From positions 1 through 36,091 of IMG/VR virus record IMGVR_UViG_3300044983_000100: a stretch of DNA of 36,091 nt; one strand, given 5' to 3'. The translations under genes were made by a program, and so were the position numbers. This document shows positions 8,525-18,853 of this stretch, one piece after another (the first letter of the stretch is position 1; every line of letters starts with the position of its first letter). The notes under the pieces were generated by a model. It saw nothing but the letters and a program-made list of their open reading frames with translations, was not told the origin of the DNA and ran no database searches. The stretch comes from a virus. Its lineage: Duplodnaviria; Caudoviricetes.

Positions 8525-8965
8525 ATGGACCCGCTCGAACTCGTACGGTCTAAGAACCGCGCCGACATCGAACTCCCCTCGGGGTACGGCGCTACGATCG
8601 GCCGCGTCCGCATCCGGGAGGCCGTGCTTTCCGGCATCATCCCGCTTCCGGTCCTGCGGGAGTGGGACAAGCTGACCGAAGCCGCGACGCGCTCGGCGAA
8701 CGGGCAGGCCGACAAGGCAGCGATCGCGAAAGCTATCGACGAGGCCGACCCGTCCCCTGACGCGATCCGCGCGGAGGTCGAGATGCGCCGCGAGGTCGTC
8801 CGACGATCGCTCAAGCGTCTCGCGCCGTCGGTCTCCGAGCTCGACGGTCCCGAAGTCGAGATGCCGATGGAGGTCATCGACGAGCTGGACCAGGAAGACT
8901 TCGACGTGCTCGCGGGCTACGCGATGCGAGACGTCCCTTTCCCGGTGGCGAGCCTCTCGACGTGA
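8525..8965 (+). CDS. Tail assembly chaperone (G-like)
   Basis: Between tail tube and TMP; SD GGGAGG; slippery heptamer near the 3' end. Confidence 0.8.
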   Translation: MDPLELVRSKNRADIELPSGYGATIGRVRIREAVLSGIIPLPVLREWDKLTEAATRSANGQADKAAIAKAIDEADPSPDAIRAEVEMRREVVRRSLKRLAPSVSELDGPEVEMPMEVIDELDQEDFDVLAGYAMRDVPFPVASLST

Positions 8966-8976
8966 GAGCGCTCGCC
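8935..8976 (+). promoter_or_regulatory. Programmed -1 frameshift signal (C CCT TTC plus 3' hairpin)
   Basis: In-phase X XXY YYZ heptamer at 8935-8941; 5 nt later the hairpin GGCGAGC-CTCTC/GAGAG-c-GCTCGCC; the -1 frame runs open into ORF 8962-9183. Confidence 0.8.
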
Positions 8977-9183
8977 GCCTTCGCCGCGTCCGAGACCGGC
9001 CGTTACTACGCCAGGCTGCACCGCGCCTACGGCACTGACCCTGCGGCGTTCCTCGAGGAGGAGGACGACCTGATGGCGTTCAACTTCCGCGCGGCCCTGA
9101 CGAGAACGCTCGCCTCGGAGGCCGAACCCGAACCCGAAGACGGGCCGCAGATGCTCCGGCTCGCGACACGAGCCGATGGCTGA
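8962..9183 (+). CDS. Tail assembly chaperone T-part (C-terminus of the frameshifted G-T product 8525-9183)
   Basis: In the -1 frame relative to 8525-8965; ends overlapping the TMP start. Confidence 0.75.
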   Translation: MRALAAFAASETGRYYARLHRAYGTDPAAFLEEEDDLMAFNFRAALTRTLASEAEPEPEDGPQMLRLATRADG

Positions 9184-12088
9184 CGCCCTCGGCTCGTTTC
9201 TCGGAGGCGCCGGCGCCGGCGTGATCGGTAAAGCCATCGTTCAGCTCGAGCTCGACACGGCGAAGTACCAAGCCGAGATGCGGGCGGCCCAGGCCGAGAC
9301 GGTCTCGAGTACGAACACGATGGCGGCGAGCCTCTCGAAGGTCGGGACGATCGGCCTCGCCGGCCTCGGCCTGCTCGGGGGGATCGCGGTCAAGCTCGCG
9401 CTCGACTTCGACCGATCGTTCACGCGGATCGCGGCCATCACGAACACGTCGGGCGAGGCTATTGAGGGGATGAAGGAGAGCGTTCTTTCGCTCTCCGGCG
9501 AGACGGCGCAGGCCCCGACCGAGCTCGCCGACGCTCTGTTCTTCCTCTCCTCCGCCGGCCTCGACGCGGGACAGGTCATGCCGGCCCTCGAGGCGGCGGC
9601 GAAGGGCTCGGCCGTCGGGCTCGGGGAGACGGCCGACGTCGCGAACATCGTCGCGTCGGCGCTCAACGCCTACTCGAAGTCGGGCCTGACGGCCGCGAGG
9701 GCGACCGATATCCTCGTCGCCGCCGTTCGAGAAGGTCGTGCCGAGCCGGAGGAGTTCGCGAACGCGCTCGGACGCATCCTCCCGATCGCCTCGACCGTCG
9801 GCGTGACGTTCGACCAGGTCGCCGCCTCGATGGCTGCCCTGTCGAACATCGGCCTGGACGTGAACGAGGGCGTGACCGCGATGCGCGGGGTCCTCCAGGC
9901 GATCGCTGCGCCGGGGACGATGGCCGCCGAGGCACTCGACAAACTCGGGCTCTCGTCGCAGCAGCTCCTCGACGTTATCTCCGAAGACGGGATCATCGGC
10001 GCGATCCGGCTCCTCGACGAGACGGCGCAGCAGCAGACGAACACGCAGGCCGATTACAACAACGTCCTCCGGCAGATCATCCCGAACGTCCGGTCGCTCA
10101 CCGGCGTCCTCGGTCTGACCGCCCAGGAGGCGGAGAAGGTCGACGGCATCTTCCAGGCGGTCCTGAACTCGAGCGGCGATCTGGCCGCGGCGTTCCGGAC
10201 GACCGCCGAGCAGGAATCGTTCCAGCTCCAGAAGTCGCTCAACGACGTCGCGGTCGAAGCGACCCGGCTCGGCGGAGACCTCCTCCCGCAGGTCGTTCGG
10301 ATCCTGAAGGTGCTCGGCCCGGCCGTCGGCTTCGCGGCCCGGAACTTCGAGCTCCTGGTCGCGGCGTTCCTCGGGATGAAGGCCGTCGCGTTCGTCCCGA
10401 AGCTCCTGAGCGCGATCGCGACCGGCATAGGGGAAGTCTCGCTCGGGGCGGCGGGGTTCACGGCCGGCGGCGGCTTCATCGCGGGTATCGGCGCGCTCGC
10501 GGCCGCGCTCCCGAAGCTCGCGACCAGCGCCCCGATGGCGGCAGCCGGGATCGTCGAGTTCTGGGAGGCCCTCCACCCGACGGAGAACTTCGCGACGCCG
10601 ATCATCGAGGCGAACGTCGCCCTCTCGGCGCTCTCGGAATCGGCGCAGGCCGATATCGCTTTCATCGGTATGCACTGGGAGGACGCCGGGCGGAGCGCCG
10701 AGAGCTTCCAGACCCAGATCGACTCGATCAACGAGGCCCTCGCGGACGCGGGGATCAAGTACACGCTGACGACCGGGGCACTCGAGGCGCTCGCGAACGA
10801 GCAGTCGATCACCGGCCTCGGGGCCGGGCAACTCGTCGAGGCCCAGGAAAAGGTCGCGGAGATCATGGACAAGGCGGGTCCCGCGGCCCGGCGCTTCGGG
10901 ATCACGTCGAAGGCAGCGTTCAGCGAGTTCAAGGAAGGCGTCGTCTCGTCGACGCGCGTCGCGATCGGCCAGTTCAAGAACCTGAACGAGGTCTTCTCGG
11001 TCACGCCGGACGAGCTGCGGACGCAACTGCGAACCGCGATCGCGATCGCGCGGCGGTTCGGCTCTGACCTCAAGGCGATCCTCTCCGACAAGTCGCTGAC
11101 GACGGAGCAGAAGAAGGCCCTCGCGGAGCTCCCCCCGGAATACCGGCGGGCGTTCGTCGAGGCGGGGAAGGAGGGGAAGCAGCAGCTCGCGCAGGACGCC
11201 GTCACGCTCGCGAACCTGAACAAGCGGAACTGGGGCGACTTCGCTACCAAGGCCAAGCCGGCGGCGAGGCAGGGCGGTAAGGAAACTGGCGCTGCGATGA
11301 TGTCCGGCGCCGTCACGGGGATCGTCGAGGGGGCGGGCGCCGTTCGACGGGCCGCCGAGGCGGCGGTGCTCGACGCGATCCAGGCCGCGAAGGACGCGGC
11401 GAAGGTGGAGTCGCCCTCGAAAGTGATGCGTGTCCTCGGCCTCGACATGATGCAGGGCCTCTCCGACGGCATCTCCGACGGCGCGCAGCACGTGATCGAC
11501 ATCGCTCGCGACGTTCTCGACAAGGCGATCGACGAGATCGGCGCGCAGCTCGACAAGATCAAAGGGAAGGCGTCGGGGTTCTCCGATTCGATCCGGAGCG
11601 GTTTCTCGGAGTTCCTCGACATCGGAGGGAGGCTCGAGGACTTCGGCGGGAACCTCGACGCGACGATCATGGCGGCGCTCGGCGGTGCCTCGCAGCTCGC
11701 CGACGTGCTCAAAGAGCTCAAGCGGCAGGGCGCGGGCAAGGCGCTCCTCGCCCAGGTCGCGGAGAATCCAGAACTCGGCTCCGCACTGCTCGCCGGCGGG
11801 CGTGAGCAGATCAACGAGGCGAACGAGGCGCTCAAGGAGATCGCGGAGCTCTCCCGGCAGACGGGCAAGGCTCTTTCGGAGCAGTTCTTCGGGAACAAGA
11901 TCGAGAAGCTCGAGGGCAAGCTCGACCGGCTCCACGACGACCTGAAGGAACTTACGCAGGTCGAGCGCCAGGGGCACTCGCACGACATCGTCCTGGAGGG
12001 AGAGAAGGTGTCGACGACGACCGAGAGGGGCCTCACCCGGATTCTCGACCGCCGGGGGTCGCTCTTCGACGGCGCGGTCCGGAAGTGA
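9176..12088 (+). CDS. Tape measure protein (TP901-like core)
   Basis: 970 aa, Ala-rich helical; ELADALFFLSSAG, ATDILVAAVREG and ESPSKVM motifs. Confidence 0.93.
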   Translation: MADALGSFLGGAGAGVIGKAIVQLELDTAKYQAEMRAAQAETVSSTNTMAASLSKVGTIGLAGLGLLGGIAVKLALDFDRSFTRIAAITNTSGEAIEGMKESVLSLSGETAQAPTELADALFFLSSAGLDAGQVMPALEAAAKGSAVGLGETADVANIVASALNAYSKSGLTAARATDILVAAVREGRAEPEEFANALGRILPIASTVGVTFDQVAASMAALSNIGLDVNEGVTAMRGVLQAIAAPGTMAAEALDKLGLSSQQLLDVISEDGIIGAIRLLDETAQQQTNTQADYNNVLRQIIPNVRSLTGVLGLTAQEAEKVDGIFQAVLNSSGDLAAAFRTTAEQESFQLQKSLNDVAVEATRLGGDLLPQVVRILKVLGPAVGFAARNFELLVAAFLGMKAVAFVPKLLSAIATGIGEVSLGAAGFTAGGGFIAGIGALAAALPKLATSAPMAAAGIVEFWEALHPTENFATPIIEANVALSALSESAQADIAFIGMHWEDAGRSAESFQTQIDSINEALADAGIKYTLTTGALEALANEQSITGLGAGQLVEAQEKVAEIMDKAGPAARRFGITSKAAFSEFKEGVVSSTRVAIGQFKNLNEVFSVTPDELRTQLRTAIAIARRFGSDLKAILSDKSLTTEQKKALAELPPEYRRAFVEAGKEGKQQLAQDAVTLANLNKRNWGDFATKAKPAARQGGKETGAAMMSGAVTGIVEGAGAVRRAAEAAVLDAIQAAKDAAKVESPSKVMRVLGLDMMQGLSDGISDGAQHVIDIARDVLDKAIDEIGAQLDKIKGKASGFSDSIRSGFSEFLDIGGRLEDFGGNLDATIMAALGGASQLADVLKELKRQGAGKALLAQVAENPELGSALLAGGREQINEANEALKEIAELSRQTGKALSEQFFGNKIEKLEGKLDRLHDDLKELTQVERQGHSHDIVLEGEKVSTTTERGLTRILDRRGSLFDGAVRK

Positions 12089-13830
12089 GCTTAGAGCTCC
12101 TCTTCGCCGGCGCCGGGACTCCGCCGGCTCCGGCACCGGCTCCCTCGCTCACGCCGGCGCCCGGGCTCCGCGTCCTCGCCACGCTCTCGGGTACGACCGA
12201 GACCGACGTTACCGCGGACGTCCTGAGCCTGACGATCACCCGGGGGCGCGCGCGCGAGCGAGAGACGATGGCCCCCGGTCGCTGCCAGATCGAGCTGTGG
12301 AACTTCCGAGGCGACTACGACCCGGACAACGTCTCCTCCCCGCTGTATCCGAATATCCGGCCGAACAAGCTCATCCGCGTCGTCGCCGACGTCCTGACGA
12401 CGGGAACGCCGTTCACATGGGGCAGCTCTGGGCTCGGGGGAGGGCTTGCCTTCGGAGCTGGCGCCGCGAAGGAGATAGCCCTGTTCACGGGTCGCCTCGA
12501 GGGGGGGGCTTTCACCTACGACGAGGGGGGGCTGCAGCCGAAGGTCATATGGAACGCGATCGACGCCTCGAAACGGCTGAACCGCGACCGATCGACGACC
12601 GGCTACGGGACGGCTGGCGACTTGACCGGCGAGCGCGTCGCCGCGGTCCTGGACGGGACGACCCCGACCTGGCCGGCGACCGAACGAGAGCTCGCTCCGG
12701 GGACCCGGACCGTCCAGGCCGAGACGGGCGATGCGGGTCGCTACGACTACATGGTGCAGGTCGCGGCGTCGGAGTTCGGTGCGTTCTTCATCTCGAAGGA
12801 GGGCTGGGCGGTCTTCCGCGACTCGACGTGGACTCCCGCGCCGGCGATCCCCATCCTCGGGTACGGGGTCGGTGAGCACCCGTTCTCGAGGATTGCGACC
12901 GTCGACGACGAGGCGGAGATATACAACGCCGTCACGGTCTCGGCGCCGGGGCTCGTCGATCAGGTCGCGGAGGACACGGGCTCGCAGGTCGAGTTCGGAC
13001 GTTCGGACCTCCCGGTTCCGACGATTCTCGACTCGACCGGCGACATGAGCGACGTAGCGACGACCCTTATCGAGGCGTACTCAAGCCCCCGCCGGCGGAT
13101 CAGCTCGCTCCGGATTGACCGAATCGCGACCGACTGGTCGTTCATCCTCTCGAGGGAGCTCCAGGACCGCGTGATCGTCCGGCATCGGCCGATCTACGGC
13201 GGGCTCTTCGAGCAGCTCTCGGTGATCCAGGGTATCCAGATCGAGGTCGAGGACTCCGAGAACTGGGCCGTCACCTGGAACCTCGCGCCCCCGATCGACG
13301 TCGTCTCAAACCCGAATCTCCTCACCGCGAATCAGTCGAGCATCGAGACCGATGCCTCGGGCTGGGCGGTCTCGTTCACGGGGATTCCGAGCGGTAATGG
13401 CATCGTCATCGACGGTCGGGTGGCCGGTCCTTACGGGGCGCTCGTCGGTGGTTTCGGACTCGAGGTTCGCACGTTCGGGATCGCGCAGATTCAAGGCGGC
13501 ATCCGGACCACGCCGTACACGACCGCCCCCGTCGTCGTCGGGGAAACCTACCGAGCGAGCGCCTGGACTCGTGACGCCGGATGGCTCTCGGAGTGGTGGT
13601 ACGTCGTCCTGAACTTCCACAACTCGGGCGGGACGATCGTCCAGTCCTACACGAGCGGGGCGTTCGGGGGGTACTTCACCCATAGCAACGAATGGCAGCA
13701 AGGTTCGATCGAGGGCGTCGCCCCAGCGTCCGCGGCATACGCCACCGTCGAACTGACAGTCGTTGAGAACGACAACGGCGGCCACATCTACTTCGTCGAT
13801 TCTGTCGAGCTCCGCCACGTCGGAGCATAG
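12085..13830 (+). CDS. Minor tail/baseplate hub protein with C-terminal carbohydrate-binding-like domain
   Basis: Directly after TMP; LTITRGR, GAFFISKEG and IYNAVTVS motifs; NPNLLTANQSSIETDASGW opens a CBM-like jelly-roll. Confidence 0.75.
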   Translation: MSLELLFAGAGTPPAPAPAPSLTPAPGLRVLATLSGTTETDVTADVLSLTITRGRARERETMAPGRCQIELWNFRGDYDPDNVSSPLYPNIRPNKLIRVVADVLTTGTPFTWGSSGLGGGLAFGAGAAKEIALFTGRLEGGAFTYDEGGLQPKVIWNAIDASKRLNRDRSTTGYGTAGDLTGERVAAVLDGTTPTWPATERELAPGTRTVQAETGDAGRYDYMVQVAASEFGAFFISKEGWAVFRDSTWTPAPAIPILGYGVGEHPFSRIATVDDEAEIYNAVTVSAPGLVDQVAEDTGSQVEFGRSDLPVPTILDSTGDMSDVATTLIEAYSSPRRRISSLRIDRIATDWSFILSRELQDRVIVRHRPIYGGLFEQLSVIQGIQIEVEDSENWAVTWNLAPPIDVVSNPNLLTANQSSIETDASGWAVSFTGIPSGNGIVIDGRVAGPYGALVGGFGLEVRTFGIAQIQGGIRTTPYTTAPVVVGETYRASAWTRDAGWLSEWWYVVLNFHNSGGTIVQSYTSGAFGGYFTHSNEWQQGSIEGVAPASAAYATVELTVVENDNGGHIYFVDSVELRHVGA

Positions 13831-13842
13831 GGAGGAAACGCC

Positions 13843-14604
13843 TTGGCCTTCACGATTCCGAATGTCTCGGTCGCCGGTTTCACCGACCAGGCCGAACCCG
13901 ACTCCGTTGATATCGACATCCTTACGGCGGGCTACGCCGGGACGGGGGTAGCTACCGGCTGTGCGGTCACGGCGCAGGGTACCCCCGACATGACGGTGGC
14001 CGTGGCTTCGGGGTCGGTCATGGTTACGAACAGCAAGGCGGCCGTGTCCGCGGGCAACGTGACGATCACCGCGGCTCACGCCACGCTTCCGCGGAAGGAC
14101 ATCGTCGTCGTCGATAACGTCGGAAACAAGTCGGTGAGCGCTGGGACACCTGCAGCTCAACCGCTCAAGCCGACAGTTCCCCCGCAGTCCGCGGTCCTGG
14201 CCGAGATATACGTTCCCGCCGCCGATACGGCAATCAACGCGAACCAGATCACCGACAAGCGGGTGCTCCTCACGGCCGCGATCTTCACGATCGAGCGTCT
14301 GATGGAGGGAGCTCCTCCGGCGAACGGATTCCGTATGTTGTGGCGCGCGCCCTTCGCCTGCACCGTCGCCGCGATCCGCTCCCACTTCGACGCCGGAACG
14401 AACTGCGTCGTCAACGCCCGGAAGAACCAGGCGCTCAACTTCATGTCGGCGAACTTCACGAACAGCACCGCGAACTCCTGGGGGTCGGGAACCGTCGATC
14501 AGAACCAGGGGCTAGTAGCGAGCGATGACATCGAGGTGCAGTTGGTATCCACATCCGGGGCAGTAACCAAGGTCAACATCCAGATCGACCTGACGAGACC
14601 CTGA
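13843..14604 (+). CDS. Minor tail protein
   Basis: TTG start after GGGAGG; GCAVTAQGTPDMTVAVASG, LPRKDIVV and LAEIYVPA motifs typical of actinophage minor tail proteins. Confidence 0.7.
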   Translation: MAFTIPNVSVAGFTDQAEPDSVDIDILTAGYAGTGVATGCAVTAQGTPDMTVAVASGSVMVTNSKAAVSAGNVTITAAHATLPRKDIVVVDNVGNKSVSAGTPAAQPLKPTVPPQSAVLAEIYVPAADTAINANQITDKRVLLTAAIFTIERLMEGAPPANGFRMLWRAPFACTVAAIRSHFDAGTNCVVNARKNQALNFMSANFTNSTANSWGSGTVDQNQGLVASDDIEVQLVSTSGAVTKVNIQIDLTRP

Positions 14605-14617
14605 GAAGGGGGACTGA

Positions 14618-15613
14618 ATGGCTGACGCCGATATCCAAATCCCGGTAACAGGGACTGGCGACACCGGCCCGAAGAAGGTCGATACGCGCACCGTCGGTGC
14701 TGGCGCTGACGAGCACCGCCAGGTCGTCGTCATCGGCTCACCGACTACGGCGAGCGACGTGGCCGGGACAACCGCAGCGAATGGTCTAGCGGTAGATGTC
14801 ACCCGTATCGCGGCGGGTCAGAAGATCCAACTCACCGACGGCACGTCAGACGCCACGGTCAGAAACCTCGCTGCGAACGATGCGCTGAATGTCGCCATCG
14901 TGGATGGTACGGGGGCACAGGTCACGTCATTTGGAGGCTCGGGCGGTACAGCCTCGAACGACGGGACAACGTTTACGGCAGGGACAACTCCTGGCACGCC
15001 GATGGAGGGAGTCTATGAGTCTGCCCCGACCTCAATCACTGACGGCAAGTTGGGGGCTATCGGCGTTGACCAGAACCGAAGGGTCAAGGTCTCGGTAGAT
15101 GCCTCGACGCTGGACGTGGCACACGATGCTGTTGACTCGGGCAACCCAGTCAAGATCGGCGGGAAGGCTCAGAGTTCTTTCGGAACCGCCGTGGCGGCGG
15201 GCGACCGGACGGATGCGAAGTTCACCCTCCAGGGACAGATGCTCACCAGCCACATCGCACCGGAGCAGTTCGTCTGGAAGCAGGTCGAATATACCTCGGC
15301 TCAGACCGGAACGACGATCTGGGATCCCACTGCAGGCAAGCGGATTGCCGTCACGAACTTTCAGATTGGAACGGGTGGTACGACTGCCGCATTGGTCACC
15401 CTGTGGTTCGGCGACAACGCAGACACGACGTTCACCCAGGGCACCGACCAGGTCCTCTTCCGGGGGTCGGTGACTCCGACCTCCACCTCGACTCCCGGCG
15501 TCGTATCGAACAAGACACACCCGACCTTCTGCTTGACCGCTGACCGCGAACTTCACATCACGACCTCAGGAGCGGCCACGGTGTATGTGGTCGTGGAAGG
15601 CTACGAGTTCTAA
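14618..15613 (+). CDS. Putative tail fibre/adaptor protein
   Basis: G/T-rich 331 aa within the tail cluster; beta-sandwich-like C-terminus. Confidence 0.6.
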   Translation: MADADIQIPVTGTGDTGPKKVDTRTVGAGADEHRQVVVIGSPTTASDVAGTTAANGLAVDVTRIAAGQKIQLTDGTSDATVRNLAANDALNVAIVDGTGAQVTSFGGSGGTASNDGTTFTAGTTPGTPMEGVYESAPTSITDGKLGAIGVDQNRRVKVSVDASTLDVAHDAVDSGNPVKIGGKAQSSFGTAVAAGDRTDAKFTLQGQMLTSHIAPEQFVWKQVEYTSAQTGTTIWDPTAGKRIAVTNFQIGTGGTTAALVTLWFGDNADTTFTQGTDQVLFRGSVTPTSTSTPGVVSNKTHPTFCLTADRELHITTSGAATVYVVVEGYEF

Positions 15614-15614
15614 G

Positions 15615-16895
15615 GTGAGCCTTCGCATCAGGCGCGGAGGGGGCAACGTCCAGGGCGGGGGTGGTGCTGGGCCGATATTCGGGCCTACCGCCGGCGCAGC
15701 GGCGGTACGTTCGGGAGCGGGAGCGAGGACTGTTACGAACCCCGGTGGGGGCATCTCGTTCAACTCCTCCGCCTCTCTCCAGTCGGCCATCAATGCGAAC
15801 GCCACGGGCTCGACGTTCGTCTGTTCGTCGAACAACCCCGTGTGGAACAGCCAAGTCGATACCGGGACCAAGGCTCCAACGATCATCTTCCCCGGCATCG
15901 TCGGGCAGCAGGTGATTGAGGGCAACGGTGGGCAGTTCTTCCCCATCGTCCTGGGTATCAACGCCACGCTCAAGGGTGGGACTTGGCAGAACTTCGGAAC
16001 GGCCTCCACGATCCACGGCATCCGTATGGCCGGCGACAACTCCGCCGTCCAGGATGCCGTCGTCTCGGGGATGTACGACACCGGCATAGCCCCGGTGGGC
16101 AACGGCTGCACGATCTCCCACTGCGTGATGAAGAACAACGGCCTGGCCGGGTACGGCGGAGCCACGGGGAACGACATCACCCTCGAGTACTGCGAGGTCT
16201 ACGGGAACAACACCCGGCAGGTGAACCCCGGCAACGAGGGCGGGGCGGGCAAGATCGAGACGAGCATCGGGGGTTGGTTCCATCACAACTGGCTTCACGA
16301 CAACCTCGGTTTCTCGATGTGGTGGGACACCGGATGCCGCGACTACCTCATCGAGGAGAACGTCTCGGAGGACAACTGGCGTGCCGGTGGGTTCTACGAG
16401 GCCAACGACCTGTCGGTGATCCGGCACAACTACAGCGCGAACAACGGCAGGGCAGCGACCATCGGCGGGCAGACCAGGACGCATGAGAACTGCGTGCAGT
16501 TCCGCATCGCCGACTCCAACTGCGTGTCCGGTCGGGGGAGCTTCGAGTTCAACCTCCTGGACTACACCCTCGGCGGCGCTGACTCGGAGCTCGGGATGCT
16601 GTTCATGCTGTGGGACCACACCGGCACGGTGGCAAGGTCGTGTCAGAACTGGGACGTACACGACAACCAGTTCTGGCTGAGGACTTCCTTCAACCAGCGT
16701 GTAGGGGGGCAGGACACGGCGACGGGATCGTTCCCGGTCTGGGCCAATAACTCCTTCTTCAGTAATCACTACAAGGTGCTCTCGACCTCCAACTCCTACT
16801 GGAAGTGGGACAGCGGAACCGGAAGCGGCGTGTCGAAGACCTGGGCCGAATGGCAGGCGTTCCACTCCGGCGACACGGATAGGACTCTGATCTAG
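15615..16895 (+). CDS. Right-handed parallel beta-helix protein (tailspike/depolymerase candidate)
   Basis: Asn-ladder repeats CVMKNNG, CEVYGNN, HHNWLHDN, IEENVSEDN, IRHNYSANN, VHDNQF. Confidence 0.75.
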   Translation: MSLRIRRGGGNVQGGGGAGPIFGPTAGAAAVRSGAGARTVTNPGGGISFNSSASLQSAINANATGSTFVCSSNNPVWNSQVDTGTKAPTIIFPGIVGQQVIEGNGGQFFPIVLGINATLKGGTWQNFGTASTIHGIRMAGDNSAVQDAVVSGMYDTGIAPVGNGCTISHCVMKNNGLAGYGGATGNDITLEYCEVYGNNTRQVNPGNEGGAGKIETSIGGWFHHNWLHDNLGFSMWWDTGCRDYLIEENVSEDNWRAGGFYEANDLSVIRHNYSANNGRAATIGGQTRTHENCVQFRIADSNCVSGRGSFEFNLLDYTLGGADSELGMLFMLWDHTGTVARSCQNWDVHDNQFWLRTSFNQRVGGQDTATGSFPVWANNSFFSNHYKVLSTSNSYWKWDSGTGSGVSKTWAEWQAFHSGDTDRTLI

Positions 16896-17612
16896 ATGGC
16901 GATCTCCATCACCAGCGTTACCGGGACCGGGACCGGGGTCGATGCGACCTCGTTCTCGGTGAGCCTCACGACCGACCCGGCCACTTTGTATGTCGCGTGC
17001 CTCGAGGCTTCGCGGGATACATCGAACCCCCCGACACCGACCGTGACCCATGGCGGCATCACCGCAACCCAGGTAGCTACCCTGTTGTGGATCACGACCG
17101 GGGCGAGCCGCAGGCAGCTTTGGATATATGCATGGGACAGCGGGCCGGGTAGCGGACCGGGCACATGGCTCGCTGACTTCGGCGTCACCATGTCTGGCTG
17201 CTCGATGGGCATTCTCAAGGTGACGGGCAGCGACATAGCCAATGGCCTCGTTCAGACCTTCGTTCAGACAGCCGCGACCGGGGCGGATTTATCGGGCACG
17301 TCGGGTGCGACCGGCACACTCTCGGCTGCTGGTGACTCGAACAACCGCGTGATGGCTCTGTTCTGCCACCAAGCCAACGAGGAATCCACCGTTGAGGGAG
17401 GCTGGACGGCGCTCACGAACCAGACCCACAACAACCCTTCGTCGGGGATGAAGCCGGGGTGGCACGCCAGCACGTTCGATACCACCCCCACGATGTCCTG
17501 GACGACCTCATCCCCCTACGGCGGGCTCGCGGCCGAGATCAAGGTTGCTGGTGCCGGTGGTGGAGGTGGCGTCTCGGACCCCTTCGGTATGAGCGGCTTC
17601 TTCGGAGGATAG
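16896..17612 (+). CDS. Putative fibre/receptor-binding protein
   Basis: T/S/G-rich beta protein ending in a Gly linker and DPFGMSGFFGG. Confidence 0.55.
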   Translation: MAISITSVTGTGTGVDATSFSVSLTTDPATLYVACLEASRDTSNPPTPTVTHGGITATQVATLLWITTGASRRQLWIYAWDSGPGSGPGTWLADFGVTMSGCSMGILKVTGSDIANGLVQTFVQTAATGADLSGTSGATGTLSAAGDSNNRVMALFCHQANEESTVEGGWTALTNQTHNNPSSGMKPGWHASTFDTTPTMSWTTSSPYGGLAAEIKVAGAGGGGGVSDPFGMSGFFGG

Positions 17613-18326
17613 ATGGAACTTCCTTATGCACTCGGAGCCAAGCGTGACCGTCCGGACCCGCGGGACCTGCTGGTCAACACCGCCGCGCTCGCTCCCCAGG
17701 CGGCGCTGATCGACCGAAAGATGTACACGATGGTCAGCCCGGACTTCCGGATCAACCAGGGACCCGAGGGGACGTGCGTCGGTCACGGAGACACGAACCT
17801 GCTGATGGCCGGCGCCTCGGAGCACCGGACCTACCCGGAGTTCGCGACCGAGGAGTCGGCGCACCAGTTCGCTCGCAAGCTCTACTTCGAGACGACCGGG
17901 GACGCCACCTACAAGCAAGGGGCGAACCCGCGCGCCGCCTGCGCAAAGCTCCTCGAATGGGGCCTGATCGACTCGTACTGGTCGGTCCCCCAGGTCGACG
18001 ACGTCGTCACGACCCTGCTCACGTTCGGGCCGGTCGGCCTCTGTCTCCCCTGGTACTTCTCGATGTACGACAACCAGGCGTCGATGTCGAAGGTCTACGG
18101 CAACTGGTGGATCAAAGTGAACCTGGACTCGGACCTCGCCGGGTATCACTGGGTCGTCGCGACCGGCGTCGATCTCGATCCGGACGACGGCGCTCTCCCG
18201 TGGCTCCGTATCCAGAACTCCTGGGGCTCGGGCTGGGGGTACAACGGGACGGCGCGGCTCACGATCGAGAACTTCCGAATCCTCAACCAGTGGAACAACT
18301 GGACGTTCGCGGAAAGGTCGTTCTGA
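17613..18326 (+). CDS. Papain-like (C1 family) cysteine peptidase
   Basis: NQGPEGTCVG (Gln and catalytic Cys), GYHWVV (His), IQNSWGSGWGYNG (Asn). Confidence 0.85.
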   Translation: MELPYALGAKRDRPDPRDLLVNTAALAPQAALIDRKMYTMVSPDFRINQGPEGTCVGHGDTNLLMAGASEHRTYPEFATEESAHQFARKLYFETTGDATYKQGANPRAACAKLLEWGLIDSYWSVPQVDDVVTTLLTFGPVGLCLPWYFSMYDNQASMSKVYGNWWIKVNLDSDLAGYHWVVATGVDLDPDDGALPWLRIQNSWGSGWGYNGTARLTIENFRILNQWNNWTFAERSF

Positions 18327-18853
18327 TGGCCGTCGACTTCGACACCACCCAGCCTAAGCGTCTCCAGATCAAGCTCACCGCGGCAATCTCCCGGCTCGAG
18401 AAGACCGCTGCCTACAAGGCGCCGCTCGAGATCCCCTCCTGCGACAGGGATCACCCCGCCGGACTCATCACCCGCAGTTTCAAGTACAAGCGCGACGGCA
18501 ACGCCGCGGTGGTGCTGGTGACCTGTCACGCGAAGGTCATGGTCGGTCTACTCAAGGCGATGCGGAAGGAGCCCGGCATCCAGGTCACCGTCTCCTCGAC
18601 GAGCATGTACTCGGGGAGCTACCGGACCTGGGACCAGCAGAACACCCTCTACCAGATGTACAAGGCCGGCACCGGCTACAAGGCGGCGTCGCCTTGTCTC
18701 GGCTACCACCGCCAGGGCCGCGCACTCGATCTGTTGGAGACCACGAAGGCCGAACAGGATGCCGTCGAGAGTGTTCGAGTGGACGGCCTCCGCTTCTACA
18801 ACGGTGCGGGCTTCGGCGATCCCCGGCACAACACCCTCGGCGCGTATGGCTGA
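18326..18853 (+). CDS. M15-family Zn peptidase (endolysin candidate)
   Basis: ATG overlaps the previous stop; SYRTWDQQ..LY, GYHRQGRALD and DPRH motifs. Confidence 0.8.
   Translation: MAVDFDTTQPKRLQIKLTAAISRLEKTAAYKAPLEIPSCDRDHPAGLITRSFKYKRDGNAAVVLVTCHAKVMVGLLKAMRKEPGIQVTVSSTSMYSGSYRTWDQQNTLYQMYKAGTGYKAASPCLGYHRQGRALDLLETTKAEQDAVESVRVDGLRFYNGAGFGDPRHNTLGAYG

Noticed and set aside
9080-12136. Very long minus-strand ORFs (1018 aa and 660 aa) opposite the tape measure gene, and similar antisense or alternate-frame ORFs throughout
   Set aside because: Shadow ORFs expected from high-GC codon bias; R/P/G-rich with no motifs or RBS.
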